From assembly GCA_964188305.1 (NCBI GenBank), contig OZ076886.1: a stretch of DNA of 64,000 nt. One strand, given 5' to 3'. The notes under the pieces are model-generated. The model was not told where the DNA came from and ran no database searches. It saw only the letters and a program-made list of their open reading frames with translations. Below, piece after piece: positions 38,501 through 51,789 of this stretch; within the stretch, counting starts at the first letter, position 1, and every line of letters begins with the position of its first letter. The position numbers and the translations under genes are program-made. The DNA comes from Podarcis bocagei (lineage: Eukaryota).

Positions 38501-40646
38501 NNNNNNNNNNNNNNNNNNNNNNNNNNNNNNNNNNNNNNNNNNNNNNNNNNNNNAACCCCCCATCTTTAGCCATGTCACAAATAATAATACTTCCAATGTT
38601 TTTTGTCAAATTCCAAATACTACCACCCAGCTGCACATCTTTTGGAAATTTATGAGTTATGTTAATTCTTGTTGCTCATCTCCCCAGAAGCTGAAGCACC
38701 ATGATTTCATTAATTAAGTACAAATCTGTAGACGGCACTATGATTATATAAACATAAATTAAGAGCCCTGCACTTATTTTTATATACTTGAAGGGAAATG
38801 GAACCATTGTCATTAACGATCATATTATCTCAATTTATATATGTGTGCTTCCTCCCACCTTCAAATTAATGTTTGGGGCATTCTTGCTCTTAGGATTTCC
38901 TTTTCTCTGCTGCATTTGGAACATTCTCTTGTTGCAAAGCAAGCAGTCGAAGGCAACAGAATATACCAGTAATCAAAAGGCATTATTGGTGGGAGAAGAA
39001 ATCCACATTGCTGCTGTAGATGTGTGTGTGTTTAGGTGCCACTTCCGAGACATTTCAATATTTGATGTTTACAAGTGTAATCACAGGTTTCTGCAGCTTG
39101 TGCAATTTGTATTTTACCATTTTATGTCCAATGATTAAAAAAAGTGTACATAATGTCACATTTAAATGTAGTTATGTCGTGCTTGGATCCAGATCAGGAA
39201 TACAAAACATGAGGAAGGACAGAAACAGTGCAAAGAAACGTCAGACTTGTGGTGTCTGTAAATCTCTATGTAGTCACACAAAGAATTGCAGACATGTTAC
39301 AGTGCAGGCACCTCTATATGAATTTAGGTCAACCTACAGAATTGGAAATATCTCAGTCTTGAACGGTAGCAGATTCCCCCCGCCCCCCCATTTTGATACT
39401 GTTTGGATTCTGCTAGAGAAATTAATAGGGCATAATAGTACAGATGGGTGTTGGGGGGTGGAGAGAAAAAGGAGGTTGGGATAGTGCCAGGAAAAGGTGC
39501 CTTTATGATGAGATATTAAAACCCTAAATTAGCTGTTCATAGTGTGCATTTTAAAATATTGTAAACACATTACACGAGAAGCTAAAATGTCCCTGTCTAC
39601 TCCTAATATTACTCATTGACTAATTATTAATCAGCCCCCAAAGAAATCTTTCTGAAGTGAGTTGTCAAGTTTAAAAATAAATGGTCTCGTGGCAAAGACA
39701 ATATTCCCCCCCCCCAACTGCTTCTTTGTGCAAATCGCAGGGTTAATTATAAATTATAATTAGGACCAGAGGTCCTAAGGCCACGATTTCTTTCTGGAAA
39801 CCCCACCTCCCCCACCATGCCCTTTTCTAATTGTACACGGTGCCTCGGGGGCTAGTTATGCTGCTCAAGCAAATATATCAAAATCATTTCTTTTAAACCA
39901 AGGAGTACTATACGAGGCAATAGCATGCATTTGTGTGCAATTATAAACACATATTATAGCTCTTTGGGGTTAATCCCTTTGACATTTGCCTGTTCCAGTG
40001 TGGCTTTGAAATGAACACAGTGTCTTTTACACCTTTCATGATAACCTCTCCCGTTCTTGGGAAAAAATGCCCATTAGTAGGCACGTACAGCCTGATAAAT
40101 ACCTGATCCGAACTGGTGAAATTTAAAAGCTCAAAGCCCTCCTTTCTTTCCTTTTTCTACACCATGGGCCCTTGAAAGTGTTTTGCGGTGCAGAGGACTT
40201 ACAATACCTGTGACTATTATGATGCAAAGAGCATGTCCAGATGGCTGCCTGGCTGTAAGCCCAGGCGTATTGTGTTATTACATAACCATGTCACATCAGA
40301 AATGCAGCTGTTACCGGCAAAGGGCAAATTGAGTGCTGCTCCCAACATGCATGACCACACCTGGTTTCATCTACTGGTTCTTGCCTGTTCTGCTGCAACC
40401 ATGCCATCACGTCACATGGGAAAACCTTGATTGAGACGGTATGAAGGGGCTAATGTGCATACTTGGCCATTGCTGTATTTTTGTGGCTAACATTGGCAGA
40501 GCTATAGATCTAATTTCTCTTGCATTGCTCAAGGCTGACATCCACTACTTGGGTGAGCAGCATGTTCATTAGTACCTCTCATGGAAACTCTCTTATATAC
40601 AAAGGTCAAGTTAACATATGTAGAACCTTGCTGGATCACGCCAAAT

Positions 40647-40930
40647 GCCTGAATAGTTCAGTTGGTAGAGCATGAGACTCTTAATCTCAGGGTCAAGGGT
40701 TCGAGCCCCACGCTGGGTGAAAAATTTCTGTATTGCAAGGCATTGGACTAGAACAGGCATAGGCAAACTCAGCTCTCCAGATGTTTTGGGACAACTTCCA
40801 TCATCCCTAGCTAACAGGACCAGTGGTCAGGGATGATGGGAATTGTAGTCTCAAAACATCTGGAGGGCCGAGTTTGCCTATACCTGGACTAGAAGACCTT
40901 AGTGGTAACTTCCAGTGTACGATTCTATGA
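40647..40930 (+). mobile_element. tRNA-Lys-headed SINE with CR1-like tail, interrupted by a hAT MITE
   Basis: 40647-40719 matches tRNA-Lys(CTT) with several substitutions; tail ends gattctatga. Confidence 0.75.
40754..40886. mobile_element. URR1-like hAT MITE nested in the SINE
   Basis: TIRs caggcataggcaaact/agtttgcctatacctg; perfect 8-bp TSD gactagaa. Confidence 0.88.
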
Positions 40931-42141
40931 AACCTGCTCCAGAGCCCTATTTCCTGTAGTGAATAACCAAGTAAGAATATAAGTAGAGCTCTATTGGATC
41001 AGACCAAAGGCCTATCTGGTCCAGCATCTCCCCCCCCCACCCCATATTAGCCAACCAGAAGTCCATGAGAAGGCCACCAGCGCAAGAGCACTTTCTACTA
41101 TTGTTCTCAGAGGCACACTGCCTCAGGTCCTGTAGGTAACTGGGAGATATTGGTGTAATAGTTTAGGACAGGACTTTTAACCAGTGGTGCTTCACAGTAT
41201 ATCAGGTGGTATAAGCAGTACTGCTTGAAAAGCACAAGTCAGAATGATGGACTAAGATTGGAGAAGGGCCATAGTCCAGGGGTAGAACACATACTTTAAA
41301 AAACAGAAGGTCCAAGGTTCGGTCCCTTGTGTCTCCAGATAGGACTGGGGAAATAATTCTTTCTGAATTCCCAGAGAGCCAGTGTCAGCCAGTGTAGACA
41401 ACACTGATCTAGCTGGACCCTATGTTCCCATGAGAGACCCAGATTCAAATCCTTGCTCAGCCAAGAATCTTCCCGGATGACCTTGAGCCAATCAGTCTCT
41501 CACACACCACAGGGTTTTTGTGTGAATAACAAGGATAGGTATCGCCTTGAGCTTCTTGGAAGAAAGGCGGGACAAAAAAATGTGTTTATTTTTTAAAAAG
41601 GTTTGTGCACAAAGAAGTATTTCCTATTTTAATTTATATATGTAAAATGATAAGGGGCCAAAGCTATGCTGCGCCAAATCAAGAAAGTGAGTTGCAGGTG
41701 GGATATTTGAAACATTTGTTCATACTGCGCCATCTTACTGGTTCCCTGTCTTTGGACATGGTAAAGACTGGTACTTTTTTTTTCTTAGATGACTGGATAA
41801 AGGAGGGTGTGACCAATACAAGAAAAATAGAAGAGGTGTTGGAAATGTGTGGTTTATTAAACCTCACATGTTCTGAGTGAAGACTCTCTGGTTACAAATG
41901 CACTATAAATTTAAAGCACATTTGAAGCATGTTTCAACCTCCTCAAAGAATTCTGGGCACTGTAGAACATGGAAGATGCCTCCTAATACACTCTCTCAGC
42001 TGAAACTTTCTTCAAAGAACCTCCCTCCTAGTGGTCAGAAAGGAAAGCGCCCCCAATGCTTTTGCTCACTGGATGGAGAGGCTAGGGGGAATGTAGTGAA
42101 TTAGTCCCAGTGCCTTTTGAGTTTCTTTGTCAGGGCACTCA

Positions 42142-42142
<1 letters not shown>

Positions 42143-42194
<52 letters not shown>
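42143..42194. repeat. (TTAC)13 microsatellite
   Basis: Direct. Confidence 0.97.
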
Positions 42195-42989
42195 GCATAG
42201 TAAAGGTTTGGTCTAGGACAGAAAAGCAAAGCTTAAACTGTGGAAGGGAAACCAAATTAGGTACGGTGAACATGGCTGCATTTGCCTTGCTGACATCTGG
42301 ACAGGGAGGCAAAATTGTAGCAGAGGTGGGAGGAGGGAGGGGTCCTCATTGCCACAGTATTTATGCTCCACAAGGCTCTCCAAGGCTCTCAGAGTCTTAT
42401 TACATGTTGAAAAAGCAAAACTATAGGGGAACAGATATTCTGCCCAAAAAGCTCTTGGGGGAGGGGGCTAACTTTACATGCTAAAATAAAATGGCAACAC
42501 ATATATATACTTTAAACTATCCAAACAGTGCAAATGAACTACAGACAAATACTAACAATTGTACAATTATTGCCATGTTTCTTCTCTGTAACCATTCATT
42601 TCAGTGAGAGAGTGAAGCATGGTCTCAATTCACTTCCACTGAGATATACAGTACTTGAAAGGGATCTGCATGGATTGTGTCCAACATAAACAGGGCCCAA
42701 TCCAGTTGGCCCCTTCTGCATAGGGTTCGATGTACACAATTGTCCCCATAAGTGTAGCATTCCACTTACAGAAGAGCTACCTGTAGGGCAAGGGGTGGGT
42801 GGGTGGCATCCAATTCCTGAGCTGTGTGCAGGAGGAGGTGGCAGGTGGCTTGTGCTGGGTGGCTTGTGCCCCTTGGCTATCCCTGCCCACTTCTTCTATT
42901 TTAGGAATTTTACGTCCCTAGATTAAAAGCAACGGAAATATAGAACCAATCCATTCCACACATAAATAAGCTTGCTGAATTCACACATA

Positions 42990-43332
42990 CAGTGGTGCCT
43001 CGCAAGACGAAAAGAATCCGTTCTGTGATTCTCTTCGTCTAGCGGTTTTTTCGTCTTGCGAAGCAAGCCCATTGAAGGATTAGCGGATTAGCGCTATTAG
43101 CGCTATTAGCGGCTTTTAGCGGCTTATCTGCTGATCGGATTAGCTGATAAGTGGCTTAGCGGCTTAGAAAAAGGGGGGGAGGAAAAAAAACCAGCAGGAA
43201 CTCGCAAGACATTGTCGTCTTGCGAAGCAAGCCCATAGGAGATTCGTTTTGCGAAGCACCTCCAAAACGGAAAACTCTTTCGTCTAGCGAGTTTTCCGTC
43301 TTGCGAGGCATTCGTCTTGCGGGGCACCACTG
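42990..43332. mobile_element. Tigger/pogo-like MITE, copy 2 (different core)
   Basis: Same TIRs, TA flanks, ttagcgg-repeat core. Confidence 0.88.
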
Positions 43333-45112
43333 TAATGCTGAACCATGGTTTAGCATTATGAGAATAAGATTGTGGAAGCTGAATACACACTCTATCTATC
43401 TATGTCCCAAAGAAAGAAATTCCATTATACATCTCAGGGAGAAGAAAAATAATATTATAAAGTTATATTATAAACTAAAAAATGTTTTTTTGATTTTCTA
43501 AGAAACAGAAAGAAAGTAAATTCTATCATTGCCTGGAAAGTAGTTCTTCCTAATATAACATCTAAGTAGTCAACTGACAAAATCTTCCCAGCAAAGTCTG
43601 AAAATATACAGTGCAAAACTCTCTTTTTGCTTTGTAGACATTTCACATGATATGGCGCAGGGGTCACAGCTGAGCTAGAGGTGTATTTCTAACAGCAGCC
43701 ATTTTATTCCTGTCCTGCACTGACACTGATCAGCTACCCCAGAACTGTATTCATGAAGCAGGACCCTGGATAGCTTCTAGTTAGTTTCTTTCCTCTGATG
43801 GCCTGTCATTCTGTCAGTCCTGACCTTCAGGCTGTCCTGCACCATCTGAATCACATTCTCTCTGCACTTTCTCGCTGACTGCAAGCTACTGTTGTCTCAC
43901 TGTCTGACCTTACACAAACACAATACAAACAGACAACCCACCTCAGCTCCATCACTGTCTATCGCTTACATGGGAGATTGATAGCCACACAGAATTCTTT
44001 CTCTTCGACCTTCATTACTAGAGTGGCATATTCTGACTGACAGCCAACCTCATTTCTCAGAAAGCTAAACTGCCAGTTGTTGGTGGTGTGAGCTTTCTCC
44101 CCTTGATTTCTTTCAAAAATCGCCTTCATTAAGCAAATGGATTTACTCACAAGTCTAACAAGAGGCATGTTAAACACATCTGCTCTTAGCCAGAGAAAAG
44201 ATGCTTTAAACATTGAAAAACAGAGAGAGCAGGATGGAGAGAAACATCTATAAAATAGTAATTAAGGCCACAGTTTTACACACTCTTACCTGGGATTAGT
44301 AAGCCATACTGAACTCAATGTGGCTTACTTCTGAGTAGACATGCATAGGATTGCATGGTAAGACATGAAAGGTTTGCGATTTCTCTCTGTCCAAAACTAC
44401 AAGTGGAAATCAAGTGCCAATCTGTAAATCAGATACCTTAAGAATAGCCATGCTGGACTATCACTACCCTGTTTTGTCCTTTGCTAGAAAGAAAGGATGT
44501 TCTGGCCCCACAGGGTTCAGTTATTTAGTAATAGCAAATCTCTCTGTAGTATTAGTATTACCGTAAGTAGAAGGAATAATAATGCTGCTCCTTTAAGAAA
44601 AGGTAGTGTCTTTCCCCTTTCCAGACCTCAAGGCAGGCTGAGAAATGAAGGCACAGTAATTTTCTAGTTTCTATTGGCTCTACCCAGAGTGGGAAAAACC
44701 TCCCTCTCCCCTTTGCAACCTGGTTCAGTTTAGTTCTTGCAAGCCAAGGAAGAGGGGTAAACTCATTTGTTCTTACAGAACTCCATAGAGAACTTCATAA
44801 CCACATTCATTCAAAGCCAAAGGAAAACCTACTGGAATGTGAGTAAATATCTCCACATGTGCCTTGTGAACTTCAATAAAATGCATGTTTGAGAGCTTTG
44901 TGGAGTTTTGTTTATACTATCCTAATTGAGTGAAGTCTCAGGACGGAACAAAGGAAGAAGGAAGAAGCCATTGTGATGTATTTGCCTACTTTAGAATTTG
45001 TCTGAGTGATCCTTTAACTTGCAGTGCTAATAGACTGAACTAGCATTTCAAAAATCACTTCAAGATCCACAGATGGTACAACAGTTAACACAATGGCTTT
45101 GCACACGATTAC

Positions 45113-45180
<68 letters not shown>
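45113..45180. repeat. (CT)n microsatellite
   Basis: Direct. Confidence 0.97.
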
Positions 45181-45183
<3 letters not shown>

Positions 45184-46460
45184 GTAGCTACAGGTTTCAT
45201 CAACAGATGCAAAAGTTGCTTTTATCAGCTGATTATACAGATTTCCAGTCATGCCTCTGTCAACCATAATCCACACAGCTCAGACTGAGCCTTAAGCGTG
45301 TAAGTAATCAATACTCCAAAAGCTCTAAAAATTAAAAATCCACTTCTTGCATAACTTAGCATAGGTAACCCACTGCCCCAAGTCTTGTGGAAATGTGTGA
45401 ATGAAGCTGTGGTTCACACACCACGGCTGAAAATTTCCTCAGGCGCTTTAGAAAACTTCAACTTGCCTATTCTGAACCATGGTTCCAGTTACAGACAGGT
45501 AGCCGTGTTGGTCTGCCATAGTCAAAATAAAAAAATCCCTTCCAGTGCATGCACACGAAAGCGCATACCAAGAACTAACTTAGTTGGTCTTTAAGGTGCT
45601 ACTGGAAGGGATTTTTTTATTCTGAACCATGTTACCTATCTCCCCCCCCCCCGCCCCCGGTCTTCTTGGTCCTTACAAACAACAAAAAGTTGAAGAGCTG
45701 AGAACCTCATACTCATGGGAAAGCTCTGTTTCTGACTTCAAATCTAGGAATGTCCTTGAACTGGACTTTGAACTAGCTCCTTCTCAAGATCTCTGCATGG
45801 CCCACTCAAGTTTATATGCTACAGCCTGTATCTTCCTTATCCACCATGTTTCTCATGCTGTAAATTAGCCCCTGGGTTAGATTGGTACTGGTGTACCAAT
45901 AGAGCTTGGGACCAGCATACCAGAATTAAAGATCGTCTCACCCCTTAAAAACCCAGCCAATCACTGTGACCTACAGAAAAGGGCATCTTCATCAGGAGGC
46001 CTATTCTGTAGGAATTGGGCCTTTAGTGTCACAGTACCTGCCCTTTAGAACTGCCTCCTGTTACATAGGCGTCATCTCTATTACCTTTTCAGCACCTACT
46101 GAAGACCTTCCTTTTTCAAGAAGACTTTTAAGTGGAGATTTCCATCCCAGTCTGCATCTGCACTGGATTTGAAGTTGTTTTTATGTGGGTGTTTTTAATG
46201 CAGATTTTTTTTAATTGATGTGTATTTATTGTTAACTGCTTTGAGATGTTTTATGGGAAGTGATACCTAAATGAATGGATGGATGGATGGATGGATGAGT
46301 GAGAAACCCTGTGTTAGTGATTGCATGTGTGCTCATGGAACAGCATTAATACATTTGTGGTTTTCTTTTTCTTGCTCATATTTCTTGAGGTTCAAGCCAG
46401 TGTGCTCAGTGGCAGATACAAAACTCTGCAGTGCAACCTTGTAAAACTGCCATTTCTTAC

Positions 46461-46604
46461 CTTTTGGGCTCTGGAGGTGGCTGGGGTTTGGAATCTTTCC
46501 TCTTTTTGGACTCCTTTTTGGAATCCTTTTTTGGCTCTACTTCGACGGCTGGGGGATTATTTGCCACTGGCAGTATGGCACCAAGTATCTCTTCCATTTT
46601 TTGA
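46461..46604 (-). CDS. CADPS: CADPS alternative cassette exon (S)QKMEEILGAILPVANNPPAVEVEPKKDSKKESKKRKDSKPQPPPEPK(R), 144 nt, phase 2-2
   Basis: Open and frame-preserving; acceptor caaag|, donor AAG|gtaaga. KKESKKRKDSK resembles, from memory, a mammalian CADPS alternative insert at this position. Confidence 0.82.
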
Positions 46605-48384
46605 CTTTGGGACATGACAGGGATGGTTTTAAGTGAAAAGGTAAGGGCAGCAGAAATGGAAAAAAAGGAAAAGTAACAAAAGAAATGTAACAGAAGAAAT
46701 GAAAGAAAACAAGCTAAAAGCAAATAATAGAAACAACAACAGTATACTAATAATAAATGCCAACAGCGAACAAAAGAAGCAAATGAAAGCCATAACCAAA
46801 AAGAAAATATGGAGAAGCAAACTCTGTTAGCCTGACAAGATGGATAAAATGAACTGTGACTTTAGTGGCAGCCTTATAATGTGAAATACCGGCAATGTGT
46901 ATAATAATTCGTGATGATGTTTACCAGAGAGCTTACAAAAACACTTCATTATTTTATAACACTCTGCTATTCGGTAGCATATGCAGAGCAGAGTGTGATA
47001 TCTCACTGTATAGAATGCAACTTCCAAAAACAAAACCATCAGTGCAACAATACTGTCGCTGTCTATAGAGAAAGGAAACTTATCTCAGCAACACTTTCAG
47101 GCGTAAAATCTACTGTTTAATCCTAAAAGGCTGGAGTGAGCTTGAAATGGCTGTGCAGCTATTGTGGCTGCCAAGTGGCAAAAGTGTTTTTGTGTTTTAT
47201 TTTTAACTTTCCATAGATGTTCTGTCTGGTTCACTGTAGCAGGCTCAACTGACAGTCTGGCAAGGGAAGGTAACTGCGGACCTTATAGATTAGTAAAGCC
47301 CTGGTAGACACTCATGTGTGGATAATTCACCATTATATTGAGGGATATTCTTAGTTCTGTACTGCATGTTAGTGGAGCCAACAAGGCAGAAAGTAGTTAG
47401 CACCGGCCAAAGGAAAGCCTTGCTTAAGTTTTACAAAGGACCTGGAAAAAAGGCAGAAGCCTATTTATTACCACTCCTTCCCCACTTCTCTTTCTCCTTT
47501 TATGATGTTAAAAATACCTGGAGGAAAGAGTCTCAGTTATTTCATCTCTGCTCTCTCCCATCCAATACAGAGACTGCAGGAAGATTCAAATGTATACATT
47601 TTTGTAAATAAACTCAAGTATATCTTGCAGCATTCTGATATATGGTTTAAAAGAGAGCTGGGGAACCTGCAGCCCAGTATATATTTGTTGGACTCCAACT
47701 CCCATCATCCTCAGCCAATATCTGGGGATGATGGGAGCTGTAGTCTAGCAACAGCTGGAAGGCCACAAATGTTCCCCATTCCAGACTTTTAAAAAAATGT
47801 TGACTTGAAACATGCTTCCCAAATAAAATAAGATATAATGATTATTTACAATCAAGTCATCAGAAGTTATCGTTAAGTTGCAAAGTGGCCAACGCTACAT
47901 TAAAAAAAAGAAAATCTGAACCTACATTTCAAAATATTCTTAACACATCGGTTTTGCATCTCAGTTACACAAGTTGAGTCTTAATAAGTACTTTATAGCA
48001 GAATACAGAACTTTTATTTGTTAGTATTTAGCTGTCTATTCTCATTCAGATGAAAATGAAACAGGGCAAATTCATCATACCCAATGACAGATACATTCTG
48101 CAGCATCACACTACCCTACTTCCCCCCTCCTCCAAATTGCATCAAGCTATTTTCTTAAGTGAACAAAAAGCAACAGTCAACTGTTTGGGTCTGTCTGCAC
48201 TTGATTCTTTGCTGCCTTCCTTTCGCTAACAACAAGCAAGTCAATTGTGCTGCCCAATATGTTGTGTATCATACAATAAGAAGAACACAGCCACAGGGAA
48301 GGAGCCGTTATGCAATAGTAGCCAAATAAATCTGTACTGGAGACTTGCCCCTCCCTGATGGAGACAAGCATGTCCTCCACTTAC

Positions 48385-48572
48385 CTGTTGCCATGGACAT
48401 GCGATGCGCAAAAGGCAAAGCTGTAGTGAAGCAAGGTAGGGTCAATCATCGCTCCATTTTCTGCTCTCTCAAGCAAGTCGCTGAGGTAGCAGAGATGCCT
48501 GTGACAGCCTCTGACTCCGTTACGTGCGCAATACTCATCTAGCACAAATACCTGGCCGGGACTGAACCAGCC
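48385..48572 (-). CDS. CADPS: CADPS exon [14 protein letters not shown]...ASHVHGN(R), 188 nt, phase 0 to 2
   Basis: CAPS1 peptide; boundaries aaacag| and AG|gtaagt. Confidence 0.97.
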
Positions 48573-49229
48573 CTGTTTGGAAATAAGAGAGAATTTATTT
48601 CAAACGAAGGCATTAGATCTGGAAATGTGATGCTCGGCAACAGTGACAACAACAAATGGAAACCTCTATAAAGAAAGTATTAGCAATGGAAATGAAATGC
48701 ATTTGCAAACACACGAAGCTTGCGTTATTGTAAGTAAGTAAATACAAATCCAATAACCTTCAGAAGTTGGCTGCAGAAACTTAATATCACAATGATAGAG
48801 TGTACATCAGATTCACCAAATTTCAGAAAGAATAAGAATTTGCACAGCTTTTACTACTGATCACTTTGTTTATTACTTATTGGCTTGCTAAACACATGAA
48901 CACACCTCAGCTGATAATCACCTTCTATTACTAGCATACAAACAAGTTTGTGGCTGATTGAAGCTATGAGTCAGGCACCTGCAAATTGAATGAATCACCC
49001 ATAAGTCACCCATTCAGAGGGACAATCCCCATTCTGATCGGCATTAATATAAAGCAGCCAGCAGGAAAGAAAACAACAGGAAGAATTAACAGCACAGTTC
49101 CAGAACGATACCAGAAGTCCTAGCATAATGTAAAGGCTTATCTAGTCCTGCAACTGGTATTCTGATAACAGAGGTAAGGCAGTCATCATGACTTTCATTA
49201 ATTAGTGTGTTTTGATACCCATTTCAACA

Positions 49230-49500
49230 GGCACAGCTTCAAAGAATCCTGGGAGCTCTAGCTTGTTAAGGGTGCTGAGAGTTGTTTGGTGACGCCTTAT
49301 TCCCCTCCCAGTTACAGTTCCCATAGTTCCTTGCGAAGAGGGATTGATTGTTAAATCACGCTGGGAACTGTAATTCTGGATGGGGAATCAGGGGTCTCCT
49401 AACAACTCTCAGCACCCTTAACAAACTACAGCCCCCAGAATTCTTTGGGGGAAGCCGCAACTGTTTAAAGTGGGATCAGAGTTCATTAAATGTATGGTGT
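49230..49500. mobile_element. Palindromic non-autonomous DNA transposon
   Basis: Internal inverted repeat ttgttaagggtgctgagagttgtt / aacaactctcagcacccttaacaa. Confidence 0.6.
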
Positions 49501-49759
49501 GAAGGGAATTCTGCAGTCACCAAAACCAGCCCTTTGAACCTATGCTTCATTCCACGCAGGTGTGTGCACACACAATTGGGACTGCATGTCTGGCCCCACC
49601 AGGGATCTCCATGTGCCCGAGGACCTGTTCCAACAAGGGCCTGTAGGCATACATGCCTATGTGCATGGGCTCAGGTCATGTGATTTGTACCCCTGTAAGA
49701 ATGGAACACATGGCTCATGTGCACAGAACCTGTGCATGTCATGAGATACATGAATAAAA

Positions 49760-50350
49760 AAATTCCTTCCTGTAGCACCTTAAAGACCAACTAAGTTAGT
49801 TCTTGGTATAAGCTTTCGTGTGCATGCACACTTCTTCAGATACACTGAAACAGAAGTTGCCAGATCCTTCTATATATAGAGAAGGTGGGGAGGGGTATTA
49901 CTCAGAAGGGTGGTGGGAATCGGAGATTGGCAGATAGCTGAGATGAGCCTGATGAGCCTGTTGACGACTCTTAACGACTGTAATAGGTCTTACAGGAAAA
50001 GGCAAGGGGTGGGAAGGTGAGAAATGGTTTAGTCATGTATAATGAGATAAGAATCCAATGTCTCTGTTCAGACCAGGTCTCTCCATTGTTTTAAGTTTGG
50101 TAATGAGTTGCAATTCAGCAGCTTCTCTTTCCAGTCTATTTCTGAAATTCCTTTGTAGTAAAACAGCTACTTTGAGATCTTGTATAGAATGTCCTGGGAG
50201 ATTGAAGTGTTCTCCTACTGGTTTCTCTGTTTTGTGATTCTTGATGTCAGATTTATGTCCGTTTATTCTTTGGCGTAAGGTTTGGCCTGTTTGTCCAATA
50301 TAGAGAGCTGAAGGACACTGTTGGCATTTGATGGCATACACAATGTTAGA
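49760..50350 (-). mobile_element. 5'-truncated Penelope-like element: GIY-YIG endonuclease C-terminus plus pseudo-LTR
   Basis: ORF 50033-50341 YAIKCQQCPSALYIGQTGQTLRQRINGHK...GLN is a PLE GIY-YIG endonuclease. Confidence 0.92.
49806..49843 (-). ncRNA. Minimal type I hammerhead ribozyme in the PLE pLTR
   Basis: GUAU-CUGAAGA-A-GUGUGCAUGCACAC-GAAA-GCUU-AUAC: conserved core boxes, palindromic stem II, stem I GUAU/AUAC. Confidence 0.75.
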
Positions 50351-51789
50351 CGTCTAACCATGCTCAAGGTGGCTTACAATATGAACAAATACATAACTAC
50401 AACATCACAAAGGTAGTCATAAACAAGAATTTTTTTTAAAAAAATACACAACCAAACAGTACAACTTCCACATAAATCATAAGAAGATCTGAAATAAAGA
50501 TAGAAAAAACCCAACATTAACACCCCTTCCAGCAAAACATGCCAGCCCAAGAATCTGTTCAGCAGCCTCAATTTTTGTAGCTGGAGTCAGTCAGGACTTT
50601 GTCTTCTCAGGCCAGGTGGAAAAATGGTCTGCAGGAAAGGACTCGCAACCAAGGTGGTTTCTAAGGCTCAAGCTGTATAAGAGTTTTATAGGTCAATACT
50701 AAGATCTTGGGATTGTGAATGGAATTTGATTAGAAGCCAGTCTATATTCAGGTGTAATGAAAGTAAAGCAAAATTATATTCCCGGCAGACCATCATGTTT
50801 GCCTCGAGTTGCTTTCTCAGAACAGTCTACAGGGCCACTGCTCACGATAAGAAGTGTTATAATAGTGAAGTTTCAAGGTTGCAGAGGCATGAATTAATAG
50901 GGAAGCAACTTTGTAAATCTATCCCAGCATGCTAGAGCACGATACCATCGTTTTACGGCGGGAGAACGTGCGTTATGGTGACAGCGATGATGGCTTCTCA
51001 GGTAGACTGTCTCTCACCTAATTTGAAATTCTGTTAAGTATGATAACAAAGGCATTTTTCAAAAACAAAACAAAAAATCTACAGTATCGATAGGGATGCT
51101 GAACAATTGATAAGATGTGCGTATATCGTGCTTCAAAACTGCAGAATCTTTCATCTTTTAATTGAAAAGTTCCTGCAGGGAGTAGATCAATGCCCTGCCC
51201 CTTCAGGCAACTTGTTTGCCACCCCATCTGCCACCCCAAATGCTACGTCTTTGAAATGACGCTGCTGTGAAAAGATTAAAATATATTTTCTACCACTCGG
51301 ATGACACCAAATCTTTCCTGGATGCCAAAATAGCTACTGTTGAGGAGAGTTGAAGAAATATCAATTAAGAAACTCCGTCGAAGGGATTTGCTCATCCTTG
51401 TTGGGCCAACTCCAGAACAGATTGAAAAAGGGATGAAAATAATGAGGGGCAGAATCAAAGGCATGGGGAGGGGAGCAGATACAGTTCCTTTCATTACTCC
51501 AGTCGCCAGAAAGCGCATGTGTGAAAACCAAGACGCTGATTGAGAATAACGCAGAAGGTGGCCTGTCACGAGAGTCCTCTGATGGCGGTTTCTTTTCTCT
51601 GTTCCCACTTCGAGAGAGCTACCGGGATTCTGCTTTTTAGTGGGGGGCGGGCCTGAGACTAAAATATTTCCCATACTTTGTGTCTGTCTGGGGTGCGTGG
51701 GGCAGGGCGAAGGGTAAGCAAAATAAAAGGATTTAGACTTCGGGGGGGGGGGGAGGAAGGAAAAGAACACCCAAATCTACAGTTGGGCA

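Noticed and set aside
40647-40719. tRNA-Lys(CTT) gene
   Set aside because: Multiple substitutions including in the acceptor stem, no poly-T terminator, and continuous with a CR1-type tail: a SINE head
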